Shown here one piece after another: positions 13,540 through 24,886 of a stretch of 64,000 bases of DNA. Source of the stretch: Nemertoderma westbladi. Taxonomy: Eukaryota; Animalia; Xenacoelomorpha. Positions within the stretch are counted from its first letter, which is position 1, and each line of letters opens with the position of its first letter. The notes beneath the pieces are model-generated. The model saw only the letters and a list, made by a program, of their open reading frames with translations. It had not been told where the DNA came from and did no database searches. Where the stretch lies: the NCBI GenBank assembly GCA_032718475.1, contig JAUCBJ010008069.1, positions 1-64,000 of the forward strand, in the 5' to 3' direction. Position numbers and translations under genes: made by a program.

Positions 13540-13662
13540 GATACTCATTGTGCTTTTTGTACTTGGTAGCTTAGTTTAGTAGTTTAGTTATTTTATACCT
13601 ATTTGTATCAATTTCGGTGTTTTCATACTGCAGTTGTATATTTTATTATGTAATTAAATCAG
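10067..13662 (+). mobile_element. CRE-clade non-LTR retrotransposon (RT plus restriction-like endonuclease), apparently full length
   Basis: GC-rich island with one long ORF, flanked by the direct repeat ATTTTTAAGAT at 10056-10066 and 13663-13673 (candidate 11-bp TSD). No poly(A) tail; C28 tract at 13512-13539. Confidence 0.8.
10218..13511 (+). CDS. Reverse transcriptase-RLE polyprotein (CRE-like), 1097 aa
   Basis: N-terminal CPQC..H..C finger; RT motifs GPDGLR, VRPIAVGNTLRRL, KIDFSNAFNS, GVQQGD, YLDD; GGLGL thumb motif; CCHC (CARC..H..C); RLE motifs RH..VND, KRVDG..WDATV, KIRKY, PVAYETLG. Confidence 0.92.
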
Positions 13663-15566
13663 ATTTTTAAGATCATTCTACATATATCCTATACAAAATA
13701 ATCAGCCCAATGATTCGTGGAATAATAATATAATCCTACTACAGTTGTATAATTTATTTTGTTTATTGACAACTCAACTATTTTCTGCCTATCCCTGAGA
13801 GCTGATAAAGGATGTGTAGACTCAGCCAGCAGCAGGAGGGGTGTAGTGTGTAGTCAAGAAATTCTGCCTTGATGGAATTCTATTTCAGGCAGCCCTGAAC
13901 TCAACCATATTCCTACACAGCTAGCTGCTGCAGCAGCTCAGGGAGGAGTTGTGGGGCGAGCCACGAAGTGAGTGAGCCTTAGCGTAGTGGTACCATTAAT
14001 CAACCTGTCGTTCTGTCGCGTTCAATTTTAAACGTTAATAACTCGGCCAATCTTTGATGAAATCTATCCAAACTTGGTACACATGTTGTTTGGCAAAAGT
14101 TTAGAAATTTTCCAAGTAGAATTTCCGTGTGGCCTTCGAGAAGCTAAGATAATAGCAGTTAATTAGTTAATTAAGTTGATTACGGTGAAAACACCATTTT
14201 CAACCTGCCTTTTAAAGGAAATTAATTGTTTTACAGTATAAGATTTAAATAATTATACTTAAAAATTATACAGATGTAATCCACATACTCCATTCTATTA
14301 TAGTTTTTAATTAGTTCAAGTGATTTGCTTTAATAATTGTGTCTTTAATTGATCTAAAGTAATTAAAACGGTATAAAAAATTGATTCTCATTAAATACTG
14401 CTCATTTATTGGTTAACATCCAAGTTGGCTCGGTGCTGGTACATAGGATGGGAAGGATGTTTGGTGTGTGTAGAACAGCCAGTTGCTCTTCAATGGGAAT
14501 GCGAATGTAAGTAACCACATGTGTACAGGCCGGTAGACAGATTGGCCATAGCTAGCTAACGAGATGGAAATCTGAATTCCCTACTATTCAGTCTATTATT
14601 GTGTTATTGCCGTGTTAGACAGATCTCGTTTAATAAATGTCAGTCAATAACATTTTACCACTGCAGAAGACTTATTTATATCCATACTTGTTTTTTCCTC
14701 ATAAATATTGGGCTTATTATTTTTTGATGGGATTTCTTTGTAGTTGAATTGTCTAAGTTTTTACACTGAGGCATTAACAGAGGGTACTGGTATTAAATTA
14801 ATTATTTGAATATCATTACTGCATCGACTGCATTTAGTACTGCGTTCTGCATTAATTATATTCCTATAAACCATTCCTGGTTTCGCATATTGCACGTATC
14901 CATAGTTATAAAGATTGCCAGTCTGCGTTTAGGAAATATATTTAAATACAAAACAGGACGAGCGCAACGACGCTTATAATAATTAAGACGAGTACGGCGT
15001 TGATTATATTCCTATACACCACCTGGCTTTGCATATTGAACGTGCGATTGGAAATAAGTTCGTTCTACCCTTCCGTGGGTGGTAGATGTCGCGGTTATGT
15101 ATTGGTGGTTGGGAAGGGTGGGGGGGGTGGAGAGATTAAAAGGGGTGAACACGTACTGTCCCCCTTTCTTGGATTGATTGGTGGTGTGGGTAAATTTCTC
15201 AAAACCTGATTTTGTGATACAGTCGCTCAATTTTAATTTGTATCTCATAACTGGGCCTCGTGCTGCGCGAAGGCCCCACGAACGTGTTACTTTTACCATT
15301 GCCTTTAATTTCGCGACAAAATAATTTCAAAAAAACGAAATATATCGAATACCACACATTGAATTGATCTGATATTTTGTAACGCGATTATGAACCACCA
15401 AAGCAATTTACTTGTAAAATTTCAACAAAATCGCCAGGCAGGAAGTGCCTGAACCTAGATAATTATCAGTCAGTCAGTCAGTCAGTGTTATGTATCCTGA
15501 GATTTTTACAGTAAGTATCCCTGAGATTCTTACAGTAAGTATCCCGCCTGTCGAGCGGGCTCCTAA
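13663..15566 (+). repeat. Second copy of the 9138-9678 repeat, split by a nested insertion
   Basis: 13664-13952 and 15288-15566 together match 9138-9678 closely (ttctacatatatcc...ggagttgt|tactttaccattg...cccgcctgtcgagcgggctcctaa). Confidence 0.9.
13953..15287 (+). mobile_element. Nested ~1.33-kb non-autonomous element (Helentron/HINE-like)
   Basis: Absent from the uninterrupted copy at ~9425. Short subterminal inverted repeat GTGGGGC...GCCCCAC and a 3' GC-rich hairpin at ~15254-15275. Its 5' end resembles the reverse complement of ~8850-8886. Confidence 0.6.
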
Positions 15567-16639
15567 TTACTAAGGTGTGAATTTTGAGTAGTAAATCGCA
15601 ATTATTGAAACCTATTTTTATTTATGTATGCATTTACACTATAAGACTACACTGCAATTTAGACATTAAATAATAATAGTGTCGGACGTTACAAACTTCA
15701 TTCACTGAAATCACAGCCTTTAAGGTAGCCTGGACTACTGTACTGTAAATGGCACAAGAGACGCCATCTTACGTCGGCATTGAGTCATTTTAATTTCGAT
15801 ATGGTTTGCCTGAAACAATAGAGAAGTAATTGGGAAATATGTAAAAAAAAAGAGTCGGACGTTACAATTGGGTACAGGTAGCTTTTAATGCTTACTGTAT
15901 GAGAAGCGTTCTATGTTTATGGCGTAGAACTACCTCATTGGAATGTGCATTTACAGCTGATTACAATGATACTGTACCAAGAATAGCCTATATGGATAAA
16001 CAGTAAAAAAATAATTTGCCTTGAATTTTGGTATTTTTTTCGTTTTTAGATTAGTAATCACAAAATTTCCTACTTTATACCCTCAAATCAATGTAAATTT
16101 AGTCAAATTCTAAAAATTTATGAAATTTTACCCAATAAATCATGACATATTGCTTATTTTTTATAAAGTTTTATTTATTTCATATCAAGTCCCATTTTCT
16201 GTGGAAATGCCCAGTACAGATATGTTTGCTAGGCCTTTAGTATAGAGCGCCATGTTATAAATTTAATAGCTTAACATGTTCTAGAACATTTAAAAAAAAT
16301 AGCAAAAACGTACTTTAATGTAAAATCTCGTACAGTACAGTAGTTGCCTATAAGTAGCTCTTTCAAATATAAATACAAGTAAATAATATAATATAATATT
16401 ATTAAGGAAGAATATGGTTGTTTTGGGGATATATAATGTCAGCCACGTTACAACCATCTCTGAAACTACAACCATTGTTAAATGTAGTTTACTTCATTTT
16501 AATGTTACATGTAGAAGAAGATCATGGATACACGACGTGCTCTGAAAGGGTCCTTAAAATGAATATACAGGTGAAATATTCGACTAGTTACTATATTGGT
16601 TTGGATTTTATGAAATACAATAATACAGTAGGCCCTACG

Positions 16640-16686
16640 TAAAACTCGTGTAGCCCTACTGTAGGCCTAGGGCTACACGAGTTTTA
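16640..16686. other. Perfect 19-bp inverted repeat (hairpin/cruciform)
   Basis: TAAAACTCGTGTAGCCCTA-ctgtaggcc-TAGGGCTACACGAGTTTTA. Confidence 0.85.
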
Positions 16687-18311
16687 AGTTAATAATAAAT
16701 GCAACAATTAGCCTACTGTATATAATCATTGTGTAAAAAGTAGGCGGTATCACTTCCGTACATGATACCAAAAACCAAACCAAAAATACACATTAAAAGA
16801 ATCCAGATTTGGTTTACTTGTAGGCCTACGGAAGTGATACGGATAGGCGTTCAAAGATTGCAAGAACGATCATTCGCTGTAGGCCATTTATTGAAGGCCA
16901 TTGGATAGGAATACCGCTGTTGCCAACCAACTCATAAAATAAATAACACATTCTAGAATTTTGTGTATTTATTAAATATAATAAATGGCCTGCAGCGAAC
17001 GATAATTCTTGCAATCTTTGAACGCCTATATATCAGCTGTTTCTCAACGAAATTCAGACATTGTTACATATTTCGAATCCTTGCAACGCACGCTTTCTAA
17101 TGATATGAAAAATTACGACTAAAGTGAAAAATGGCCACGATACGGATACAACACGACACGCATATAAAAAAAATTTAAAGGCAAAATCGAAAATTCCGAT
17201 TTCATGGGGTCAACGACGGTGAGTGGAACTAGTTGTATTTCAAATTTCAAGCAATATGATAAAGATTTGTAGAAAAATTTGGGGGGGGGGGGGGGGTCCG
17301 TGTCATCAGAAATTGACACTATAATACAAATGGTGTATTACCGTAGTTTTAGTGCTGTGGTCCCTTTCTAACACCCATCTCCAATATTTTTCGTGCAGAA
17401 ATTTTAAAAATTTTTATGGCTCGCTAAAATAAATCAATTTTAGGTATAAAGTATGTAGGTTTTTTGCAGGTTGCAAACAATTATGGAACTTAAATATAAC
17501 ATTCGGAAAACTTTCTGGTAATTTTGGTATGTGTACCACGGGGCACAAAGAAAACAAATAGTGCAAATATCATCACGAAAAATCATCAACAATTCAAACT
17601 TATTTTATGACCTAATGGGTTTCCTGGGATATACTAATCGGGAATATGATAGGTCTACTCAAATATATCGCATCTGATTCAGTGTGATATTTTTGGATAT
17701 TTGCCAACATGATGCCACGAACATAAAGTAGCGGTAGCTTGATAATCAGAAATCACTACCAAATCCATCTGATTTTATGGTATTATGGGTTTTCTGTGTA
17801 GCTGAATTCGTATATATACGCTCAAAAATATCGTTTCTGAATGAATCATATTCACTCATAAAAATAATATTTTTTTAATAAGATCTATCGTAATCAGCGA
17901 CCTCGAAAACCCGTACCTTAAAAATTGAAATTTTTCAGCCAGAGGTATGAACAAACTAACAAATTTCTTAAATTACCACCTTCATCACCGGGTCAATTTA
18001 CTTTAGTAGGATAGTAAAAATAGCCCGGGCCAGATATGAATAGGCCACAAAGCAAAAAAAATAGCTTGCTTCAGGATACTACAGTACTAAAGCTCAACTA
18101 AGTGTAAACCTGCGGTAACAAAAACAAAATGTAACGTAGGCACAAAAATAATAATAGGCCTAGCTGAGCTAATAATTATTTGAAACTAAACATATAAATT
18201 TCAATGTGAAGTGCTTTTTCACAGTTGAAAATAATATTTCGTATTTTAACTCTTTAAAATTTGTATTATTTCCATGACCCTTAGCTTGCAATATCGTCTA
18301 AAGTTAAAGAT

Positions 18312-21104
18312 ATGTCTAGCTATTCTCAGAATACCAATGATAATATTGACGACGGAGTGCGGTCTATCTTGTGTTATATATGCAAGCATGAATATCATTC
18401 AAGCACATTTTGTGAACATGAAAGCAAGTGTCTGAAGAAATGGTCCGATAGAAATGATAAACTACCGCTGAAGCTGCAGAGACAATTTCCTAAACGCTCA
18501 GTAGAAGCGATGAAGTTTATATGCGGTAAAGATAATACGGCAAGTATGGAAACCGGGGATCCAAAATCTAAGGGAAAAAATCAGAAAACAGAGAAAAAGA
18601 AATGTAAAAACACTGATAAGTATAAAAAAACAACAAAAGTAGAAGAAAATACATTTAATAAAAGCAATGGGAAAGAGGCAGATAACAGTGGCAAGTGCAA
18701 ACTCAGTAGGAAAGAGAATATAAAGAAAATTGAAACGATTTTACACAACAGAGAACAATATGAATCGATAGCCGAAATCCCGGCAATCGATAAAAAATCG
18801 ATAAATCAGAATAGAAAAAAGTTATCGAAATCATCAGTTAATTACATGAGTAAAGGTAAAGTATCACGAAAGAATTCCATAAAAGATAAACAATTATCCT
18901 GCGCCACATTGAAGAAAGGACCATCTAGCAGAGAGAAGTGTGTTGGTACAGATAGAGGTGTTGATGGTGGTATATCCAATGACAAGCCTAACACTACAGA
19001 AGTCAGTGCACAAACTGTAGGATCTACAACGGAAGAAATAGAGATTTCACAATATGGATCAATTGGACGTTCACAACATGGATCAATAGGACGTACACAA
19101 ACTGGATCAATAAAGGGTACCGGTACACAAACTGGATCAATAGGACGTACACAAACTGGATCAATAAAGGGTACCGGTACACAAACTGGTTCAATAGGAC
19201 GTACACAAACTGCATCAATAGGACGTACTCAAACTGGATCAATAGGACGTACACGATCATCTAGATCAATTGAGAGTATACAAACTGGATCAATAGGACG
19301 TACGCGATCTGGATTAATAGAGGGTACCGGTACACAAACTGGATCAATAAGACGTACACGATCTCGAACAATAAATGGTACACAAACTGGATCACTAGGA
19401 CGTACACGGTCTGGATCAATAGATGGTACCGGTACACAAACTAGATCAATAGAACGTACACGATCTGGATCAATTGAGAGTACACAAACTGGATCAATAA
19501 GACGTACACGATCTGTATCAATATATGATACACAAACTGGATCAATAGATGGTATACAAACTAGATCAATAGAACGTACACGATCGGGATCAATTGAGAG
19601 TATACAAACTGGATCAATAAGACGTACACGATCTGTATCAATAGATGATACACAAACTGGATCAATAGATGGTACACAAACTGGATCAGTACGACGTACA
19701 CGATCTGGATCTAATGAGAGCACACAAACTGGATTAATAGATGTGACACAAACTGGATCAATAGATGGTACACAATTTGGATCAATAGATGGTACACAAA
19801 CTGGATCAATAGAGGTGACACAAACTGGATCAATAGATGGTACACAAACTGGATCAATAAAGGGTACACAATATGGATCAATAGTGGGTACACAAACTGA
19901 ATCCATAGTGGGTACACTATCTGAAACATTTTCCACGGATTTAAGTAACGAAATTCAAAACCTGACGCATGGCGACCCAGGCCCAGGTAGACGGCCGATA
20001 TTTTTCAATGAGAAATACGAATTTGAGAAAAGCGACATGGCGTTTCTCATTGACTCATCAGAACAACTGAAAGCCTGTCCGAAATGTAAAAGAACGTTCA
20101 GAGATGATAGACAGTCTCGCCATACAACTATCTGCCTAGGAAATATTTCTAAAAATAACTTAGCCTTTAGGAAAAGAAGACAAAGTGGTAAAAATGATGT
20201 GCCCTCGTTAGACAACTCAGGTTTAAAAGAACCGCGCTTAACACCCGTCCTCGAAGTATCCAAAACTAAATATAACGAAAAATTGAAACCTGGCAAAAGT
20301 AGAAAGGACCCCGTGTCTAATGCCCTGTCACCACAGACTTTTTCTCCTACTGTGCAAGAGTTCGACCCCACCAAAGATAAACCTAGGCCTATTGTTTCCT
20401 CCAACAACGCAACAAATAAATCAAACAAAAGCCCAACGACCGAAAACAAGGGTCAATTTATTTCAAGTACTAGATCAAAAACGAAAAAGGAATCCGTCAA
20501 CCAAACTTCAATGAGACTCAAATCACCATTCGTTACTCGAACAAAAACGCAAAAGGCCCGCGGTCCAATAACTTTAAAGCGCAAATCAACATACGTTATA
20601 AAAACTTTGCCAAACGCCTCCGAATCACCCAGAAGCGCCAACAATGCAATACCGCCACCACCACCTGCAGTTACATTAACAGCTCCGAAAGCGGTCGATC
20701 CTTTGAGAAGGACGAATAAGAGAAAACCGAATGAAGCATCGAAGAAAATCGAAGCCAATGATCAACCTCGTTATGATTATAATGTCAATGTTAAACAACC
20801 AATAAAATCGGATAACAAGTCACAACCACAGACTAGAAGAGTAGGCAACACCAGCACTCCTAAAGGTATAAACCAAGAAAATAAAACAGCACCAAAAGGT
20901 TCCAAACTCAGTGAAGTCTCCAAATCATATATTACTACATCCTGTAAAGGGGACTCTAAAGGACAACAAGCAATGAACGAGGAGAATGGACAAAGTTCAC
21001 AGGGTACATTTAAATTTTGTGGCTTTTGCGGAAAAAAGAAGTGGCTAAGCAGGCAAAAATTCTGCCCATTTTGTGGTATAAGGTGTGTTGGTAAAGTTAA
21101 ATAA
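18312..21104 (+). CDS. C2HC zinc-finger protein (ZC2HC1/ZNF474-like) with internal Ser/Thr/Gly tandem repeats, 930 aa, single exon
   Basis: N-terminal CYICKHEY..H..KCLKKW..NDKLP (ZNF474-type C2HC); central CPKCKRTF..RH..IC finger; C-terminal KFCGFCG...KFCPFCGIR double zinc ribbon like ZC2HC1A. Confidence 0.7.
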   Translation: MSSYSQNTNDNIDDGVRSILCYICKHEYHSSTFCEHESKCLKKWSDRNDKLPLKLQRQFPKRSVEAMKFICGKDNTASMETGDPKSKGKNQKTEKKKCKNTDKYKKTTKVEENTFNKSNGKEADNSGKCKLSRKENIKKIETILHNREQYESIAEIPAIDKKSINQNRKKLSKSSVNYMSKGKVSRKNSIKDKQLSCATLKKGPSSREKCVGTDRGVDGGISNDKPNTTEVSAQTVGSTTEEIEISQYGSIGRSQHGSIGRTQTGSIKGTGTQTGSIGRTQTGSIKGTGTQTGSIGRTQTASIGRTQTGSIGRTRSSRSIESIQTGSIGRTRSGLIEGTGTQTGSIRRTRSRTINGTQTGSLGRTRSGSIDGTGTQTRSIERTRSGSIESTQTGSIRRTRSVSIYDTQTGSIDGIQTRSIERTRSGSIESIQTGSIRRTRSVSIDDTQTGSIDGTQTGSVRRTRSGSNESTQTGLIDVTQTGSIDGTQFGSIDGTQTGSIEVTQTGSIDGTQTGSIKGTQYGSIVGTQTESIVGTLSETFSTDLSNEIQNLTHGDPGPGRRPIFFNEKYEFEKSDMAFLIDSSEQLKACPKCKRTFRDDRQSRHTTICLGNISKNNLAFRKRRQSGKNDVPSLDNSGLKEPRLTPVLEVSKTKYNEKLKPGKSRKDPVSNALSPQTFSPTVQEFDPTKDKPRPIVSSNNATNKSNKSPTTENKGQFISSTRSKTKKESVNQTSMRLKSPFVTRTKTQKARGPITLKRKSTYVIKTLPNASESPRSANNAIPPPPPAVTLTAPKAVDPLRRTNKRKPNEASKKIEANDQPRYDYNVNVKQPIKSDNKSQPQTRRVGNTSTPKGINQENKTAPKGSKLSEVSKSYITTSCKGDSKGQQAMNEENGQSSQGTFKFCGFCGKKKWLSRQKFCPFCGIRCVGKVK
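19058..19920 (+). repeat. Coding minisatellite, 24-bp unit (TQTGSI[DG][RG]), ~35 units
   Basis: acacaaactggatcaata(g/a) repeated in frame, with 30-bp variants carrying GGTACC. Confidence 0.9.
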
Positions 21105-21917
21105 GTTCAATAGTTAATGAATTGGAGATGAATAACCTCCCACCAGCCGCGTGGTGGATGACTATTCTATTGACGCAAAACCCATCTCGGCGAATTTATA
21201 TTTCTTCCTGGAGAATGAACAATGTAAATTATCCATTAAGGAAAAGGAGCTGTTATTCTAACCAAAACAACAAACGCGAGTCATTGGCACAGGTTACAGT
21301 TTCATTTTTGCTCCTATTGCGTCTAACCCCCCCCCCCCCCCCCTCCATTGCGTAATTCACAAAGTAATGTTTCAATTAACTTTATATCCGTCTCGAATCT
21401 TTGAGGGTCCAAAAAAACAGTATTTATTCGGCGCCCCTTCATTTAAGACTAAAAATTCAATAATCATGGCAAGTATAGTAACCATTTAGTATAATGTTAT
21501 AAATAATATACAACGGTATACTGTAGCGCGTAGCAGGGCGAATGAAATAATATAATATAATTTTTGCTATTGAAGAGATTCCCGTTTTATAATACATCGC
21601 ATTTGCCTGTAATGCTATAAATAAGCATTGTTTGAATTTCCAATCTACTAACCATAAAACCAAATAAGGGGTATGTAAATGCTGAGCCGACAGGAGTTAT
21701 TATGAAAAAAAATGAAACTGTAGTGCTCTTGACACACGGACACGCTTATTGTTTTGGTTAGAATTACATGTCACTTTATCCTTTTCTGTAACATTTAACT
21801 GTAAAGTGTTTGTTCTCTTAACGGTAAGGCTATCGTATAGCGTTTACATTACACAAACAAATACATAACATATTGCATTAAAAACATTCAATATAAAAAA
21901 TATAAATAGTTAATATT

Positions 21918-22895
21918 CTACACATGAAATATATCTGATATCCAATTTGTAATTCCAAAAATACGAGACAAAACTAACACCAAACTAACAAGCACCACAA
22001 AGTTAGAAAACCAAAGGAAATAATTCGTAGAGGAATCTTTATCAATAAAGAGGGGGCCGGCTGCGTCGGATGGTTCCAGAAACACAATGTTCGGTTGCAA
22101 ATCGGTCGTATTGGTGACGAACTGTACGAGATTGTCCAACTCGTCGACCCCCAATGGTGCGGATTGGTACCGCGCAGAGGGTTTACCTCGATGGAAGAGC
22201 ATGAGGTTGGGGGTGGAGACAACGCCGTGACGGGAGTCAAACTGCCGATCTTCGGTTGCATCCACGGCCACAGCCATCCCGGGAGGCAGCGAGCGAGCCA
22301 AAGCGTTGTAGGCCGGGGCCAGTTCCGCGCTGTACGCGCACCACGGCAGGTAGAAGAGCACAAAGAGGCAGTGATCCTCGGCCGAGTCCCGGATCAGGGC
22401 CTCCAGATCGACGACGGATACGAGCTCGGTGGCTCCCGCACCGGTACCCTCAGGGACGTCGCATCGGAACCGCGACGGGCAGACCGGTTTGTACCCGAGG
22501 GAGTTTATGTCCGGGACCAACGGGGATTGTTTCGGGTGGTACCCGTAAGGACTCTGGTTCGAGCAGAAGCCCAGCTGCTCCGTCGGACTGCTATCAGCGT
22601 CGGTCTGCGTCTGTTTAGACGCCGACAGCTCGAGTGCAGCCGCCTCATTGTCCCGTGAGAAAGAATCGTCTAAGAACCTTAGTAGTTCCGGGTTGTAATG
22701 TTTCAGTTTGAGGCGAGCCTCCGATTCTGTAGAGCCCAGTTGAATCGGCTTCAGTTCGTTGCCTGTCGAGTTCTCGCTGTAAACATCAGCAGCGGATACA
22801 ATCCCACGAAAATATACACAAACTAATAATAGAAACATTAGGACGTGCGAATGAGTCCAGCAACTTCCATGTATCGCGATCATCGTAAATAACAT
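21918..22895 (-). CDS. TXNDC15: Thioredoxin domain-containing protein 15
   Basis: Signal-peptide-like N-terminus; atypical thioredoxin domain VLFYLPWCAYSAELAPAYNALAR...RHGVVSTPNLMLFHRGKPSARY (WCxxS motif as in TXNDC15); C-terminal transmembrane helix. Single exon; exact start Met uncertain. Confidence 0.85.
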   Translation of the reverse strand: MLFTMIAIHGSCWTHSHVLMFLLLVCVYFRGIVSAADVYSENSTGNELKPIQLGSTESEARLKLKHYNPELLRFLDDSFSRDNEAAALELSASKQTQTDADSSPTEQLGFCSNQSPYGYHPKQSPLVPDINSLGYKPVCPSRFRCDVPEGTGAGATELVSVVDLEALIRDSAEDHCLFVLFYLPWCAYSAELAPAYNALARSLPPGMAVAVDATEDRQFDSRHGVVSTPNLMLFHRGKPSARYQSAPLGVDELDNLVQFVTNTTDLQPNIVFLEPSDAAGPLFIDKDSSTNYFLWFSNFVVLVSLVLVLSRIFGITNWISDIFHV

Positions 22896-23093
22896 GTGTG
22901 TACAGAAATGATTTAGGCCTAGCGCTGTTAATTAATAGAACTCCAACTCGATATTAAAGTATTTCCTGATTTCCAAACCTACTCCAGTACTTCAAAAGTT
23001 GGATTTAAAATAAAAATTTGAATTTTTATAAATAAAGTTGAAATTTCAGCTCAGTTGAAAATATCTGGCCCCGACTCCATATATATTAATAGG

Positions 23094-23307
23094 GGCCATA
23101 TACTGGTATTTGGTCCGCGGACCAAATACGTTTTCCGGCAAAGCCATTTAAATGAGCAGGTTAGTAAAGGAGCAGGTTACAGTGGCTTGTTGGGGGAACC
23201 AAAACAATAAACATTGAATTACTTCATTGTTATTATTATTTTATTGTACATGATTACACATGATTACATTATACATTGGTCCGCGGACCAGAAGCCAGTA
23301 TAATGCC
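23094..23307. mobile_element. 214-bp MITE with GG...CC ends and 8-bp TSD (Merlin- or Mutator-like)
   Basis: TSD TTAATAGG at 23086-23093 and 23308-23315; imperfect TIRs GGCCATATACTGG / CCAGTATAATGCC; subterminal palindrome TGGTCCGCGGACCA at both ends. Confidence 0.75.
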
Positions 23308-23781
23308 TTAATAGGAAGGTAGAGGTTTTACATAGCTGATATAACTTTTGTACCTAACAGCTAAAATTTTAACTATTTATGTAGGTAAGAAAACATACCG
23401 TATCTAGCTGATTAAAACCGATTGAAATAAAGCAATATCGGTATCGGAATACCTGAGATACCGGTAGTTAATCAAATTAAAACTAAAAACAGCACTATGG
23501 TAAATAAAGTACTGTTACGAAACATAATGAATGAACTGATCAATGTTAGGCAAATCATAGAAAACTAAATTTCGTAAATATTATTTGTGTAGGCCTACCA
23601 GGAACGGCAAAACACAGTTTTCGATTTAGCAGCAAGGCCGCAGCACATAGGTGAAGTCCAGTGTGAAGCAATAAACAAATACCTACACCATTACTGAGCT
23701 CCAAAATTGTATTCAAAATTATAGATATTTACATTCGTCAATTTCTATTAAATAAATTCAAACAATTTAAATGATGAATGC

Positions 23782-24112
23782 TTGGCCCATGTGAAGAATA
23801 TCCGACTTTCAGACTTTGCAGTTACCTCCGGCCCCATGTGAAAAATACCAGGTTTTCACCAAAAACACAGGTTCGAGAAGGGCTGAATCTAACCAAAACA
23901 ATAAATGAATTAGTATATGTACAGGTTATAAGACAGAAATAAGTGTTATAATAAAGATAAATATTAAATAATAATAAATATATTAATAAAATAAAGATAA
24001 TAATAATAAGCTTAATAAAGATAAATTAAAAAAAAATAAAAAATCTTCATATATAAAATTCCAATAAAAAGTCGACCGAAAAGTGAAATCCTGGTATTCT
24101 TCACATGGGCGG
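23782..24112. mobile_element. ~330-bp MITE
   Basis: Inverted repeats GCCCATGTGAAGAATA (23785) and TATTCTTCACATGGGC (24095-24110); AT-rich interior; TSD unclear. Confidence 0.55.
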
Positions 24113-24307
24113 AATGCATGATTGGTAAATTGTACAAACAAGTTAACACTACACGAACAGACAATCTATATATAGTGTAATATACAGAATATTAGTAGTG
24201 TAGTAATATACAGATATATGCATGCACCTCTGGGTGTCTCTTACTCTTATTTATAATGCTGCTGAATTGTAGGCCTACTATACTATATAGGCCCATGTAT
24301 TTATTTA

Positions 24308-24886
24308 TCAGCTATCTGTAGGATTATTTGCACCGGTCGAGTTTAATTTAGCAGCTCTCTGTATGAAGCTAAGGATGTGCATCTGCAGTTTAATATTGAA
24401 AGGATCGTTTGTCACAAAGAATCCAGGAACGAAAGCCTTTTCCAAAACGCTTTGTTGCTCACTAACACGCTGGTCGAGATCTAAGATAAGTTTCTGATCC
24501 AACCGTTTCATCTCAGACTCGAGGTGGCTGTACATGCCCTTCTTCTCTTTGTCGTACCATTGCTGTATAGAAGGCAGTTCCGCGGGGTTCCGCTTGTAGG
24601 CGTCCTCGAGACATTTCTTGTAGCGATAGTCCAAGTCTTGCTTAGCGGAACGTTGTTTGTTGTAAACATCCATGCGTTGAGTTACTAGAGTTTTCTCAGT
24701 AAGATGTTGGATTTCTTGAAGATTCCGGACCATGTCAAATATTTCTCCGCTAACCAAATGGTCGGCAAGATCGCCTAACATATTTTCGTCGAGTCGTTCG
24801 GAATATTTCCCAGGAAGCTCAGAAACCATGATCTTGAGTTCGCTGAGATAAAGAGTGCGGCTGTCCGCCATTTCTTGTTTCTGCAT
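24308..24886 (-). CDS. DGCR6: DGCR6 / gonadal-family protein
   Basis: LQEIQHLTEKTL..QR, LDQKLILDLDQRVSEQQSVLEKAFVPGFFVTNDP..IKLQMHIL match the DGCR6 family. ATG at 24886 or 24871. CDS uninterrupted. Confidence 0.9.
   Translation of the reverse strand: MQKQEMADSRTLYLSELKIMVSELPGKYSERLDENMLGDLADHLVSGEIFDMVRNLQEIQHLTEKTLVTQRMDVYNKQRSAKQDLDYRYKKCLEDAYKRNPAELPSIQQWYDKEKKGMYSHLESEMKRLDQKLILDLDQRVSEQQSVLEKAFVPGFFVTNDPFNIKLQMHILSFIQRAAKLNSTGANNPTDS

Noticed and set aside
19229-19936. Minus-strand 235-aa DPVCV-repeat ORF
   Set aside because: Antisense shadow of the coding minisatellite.
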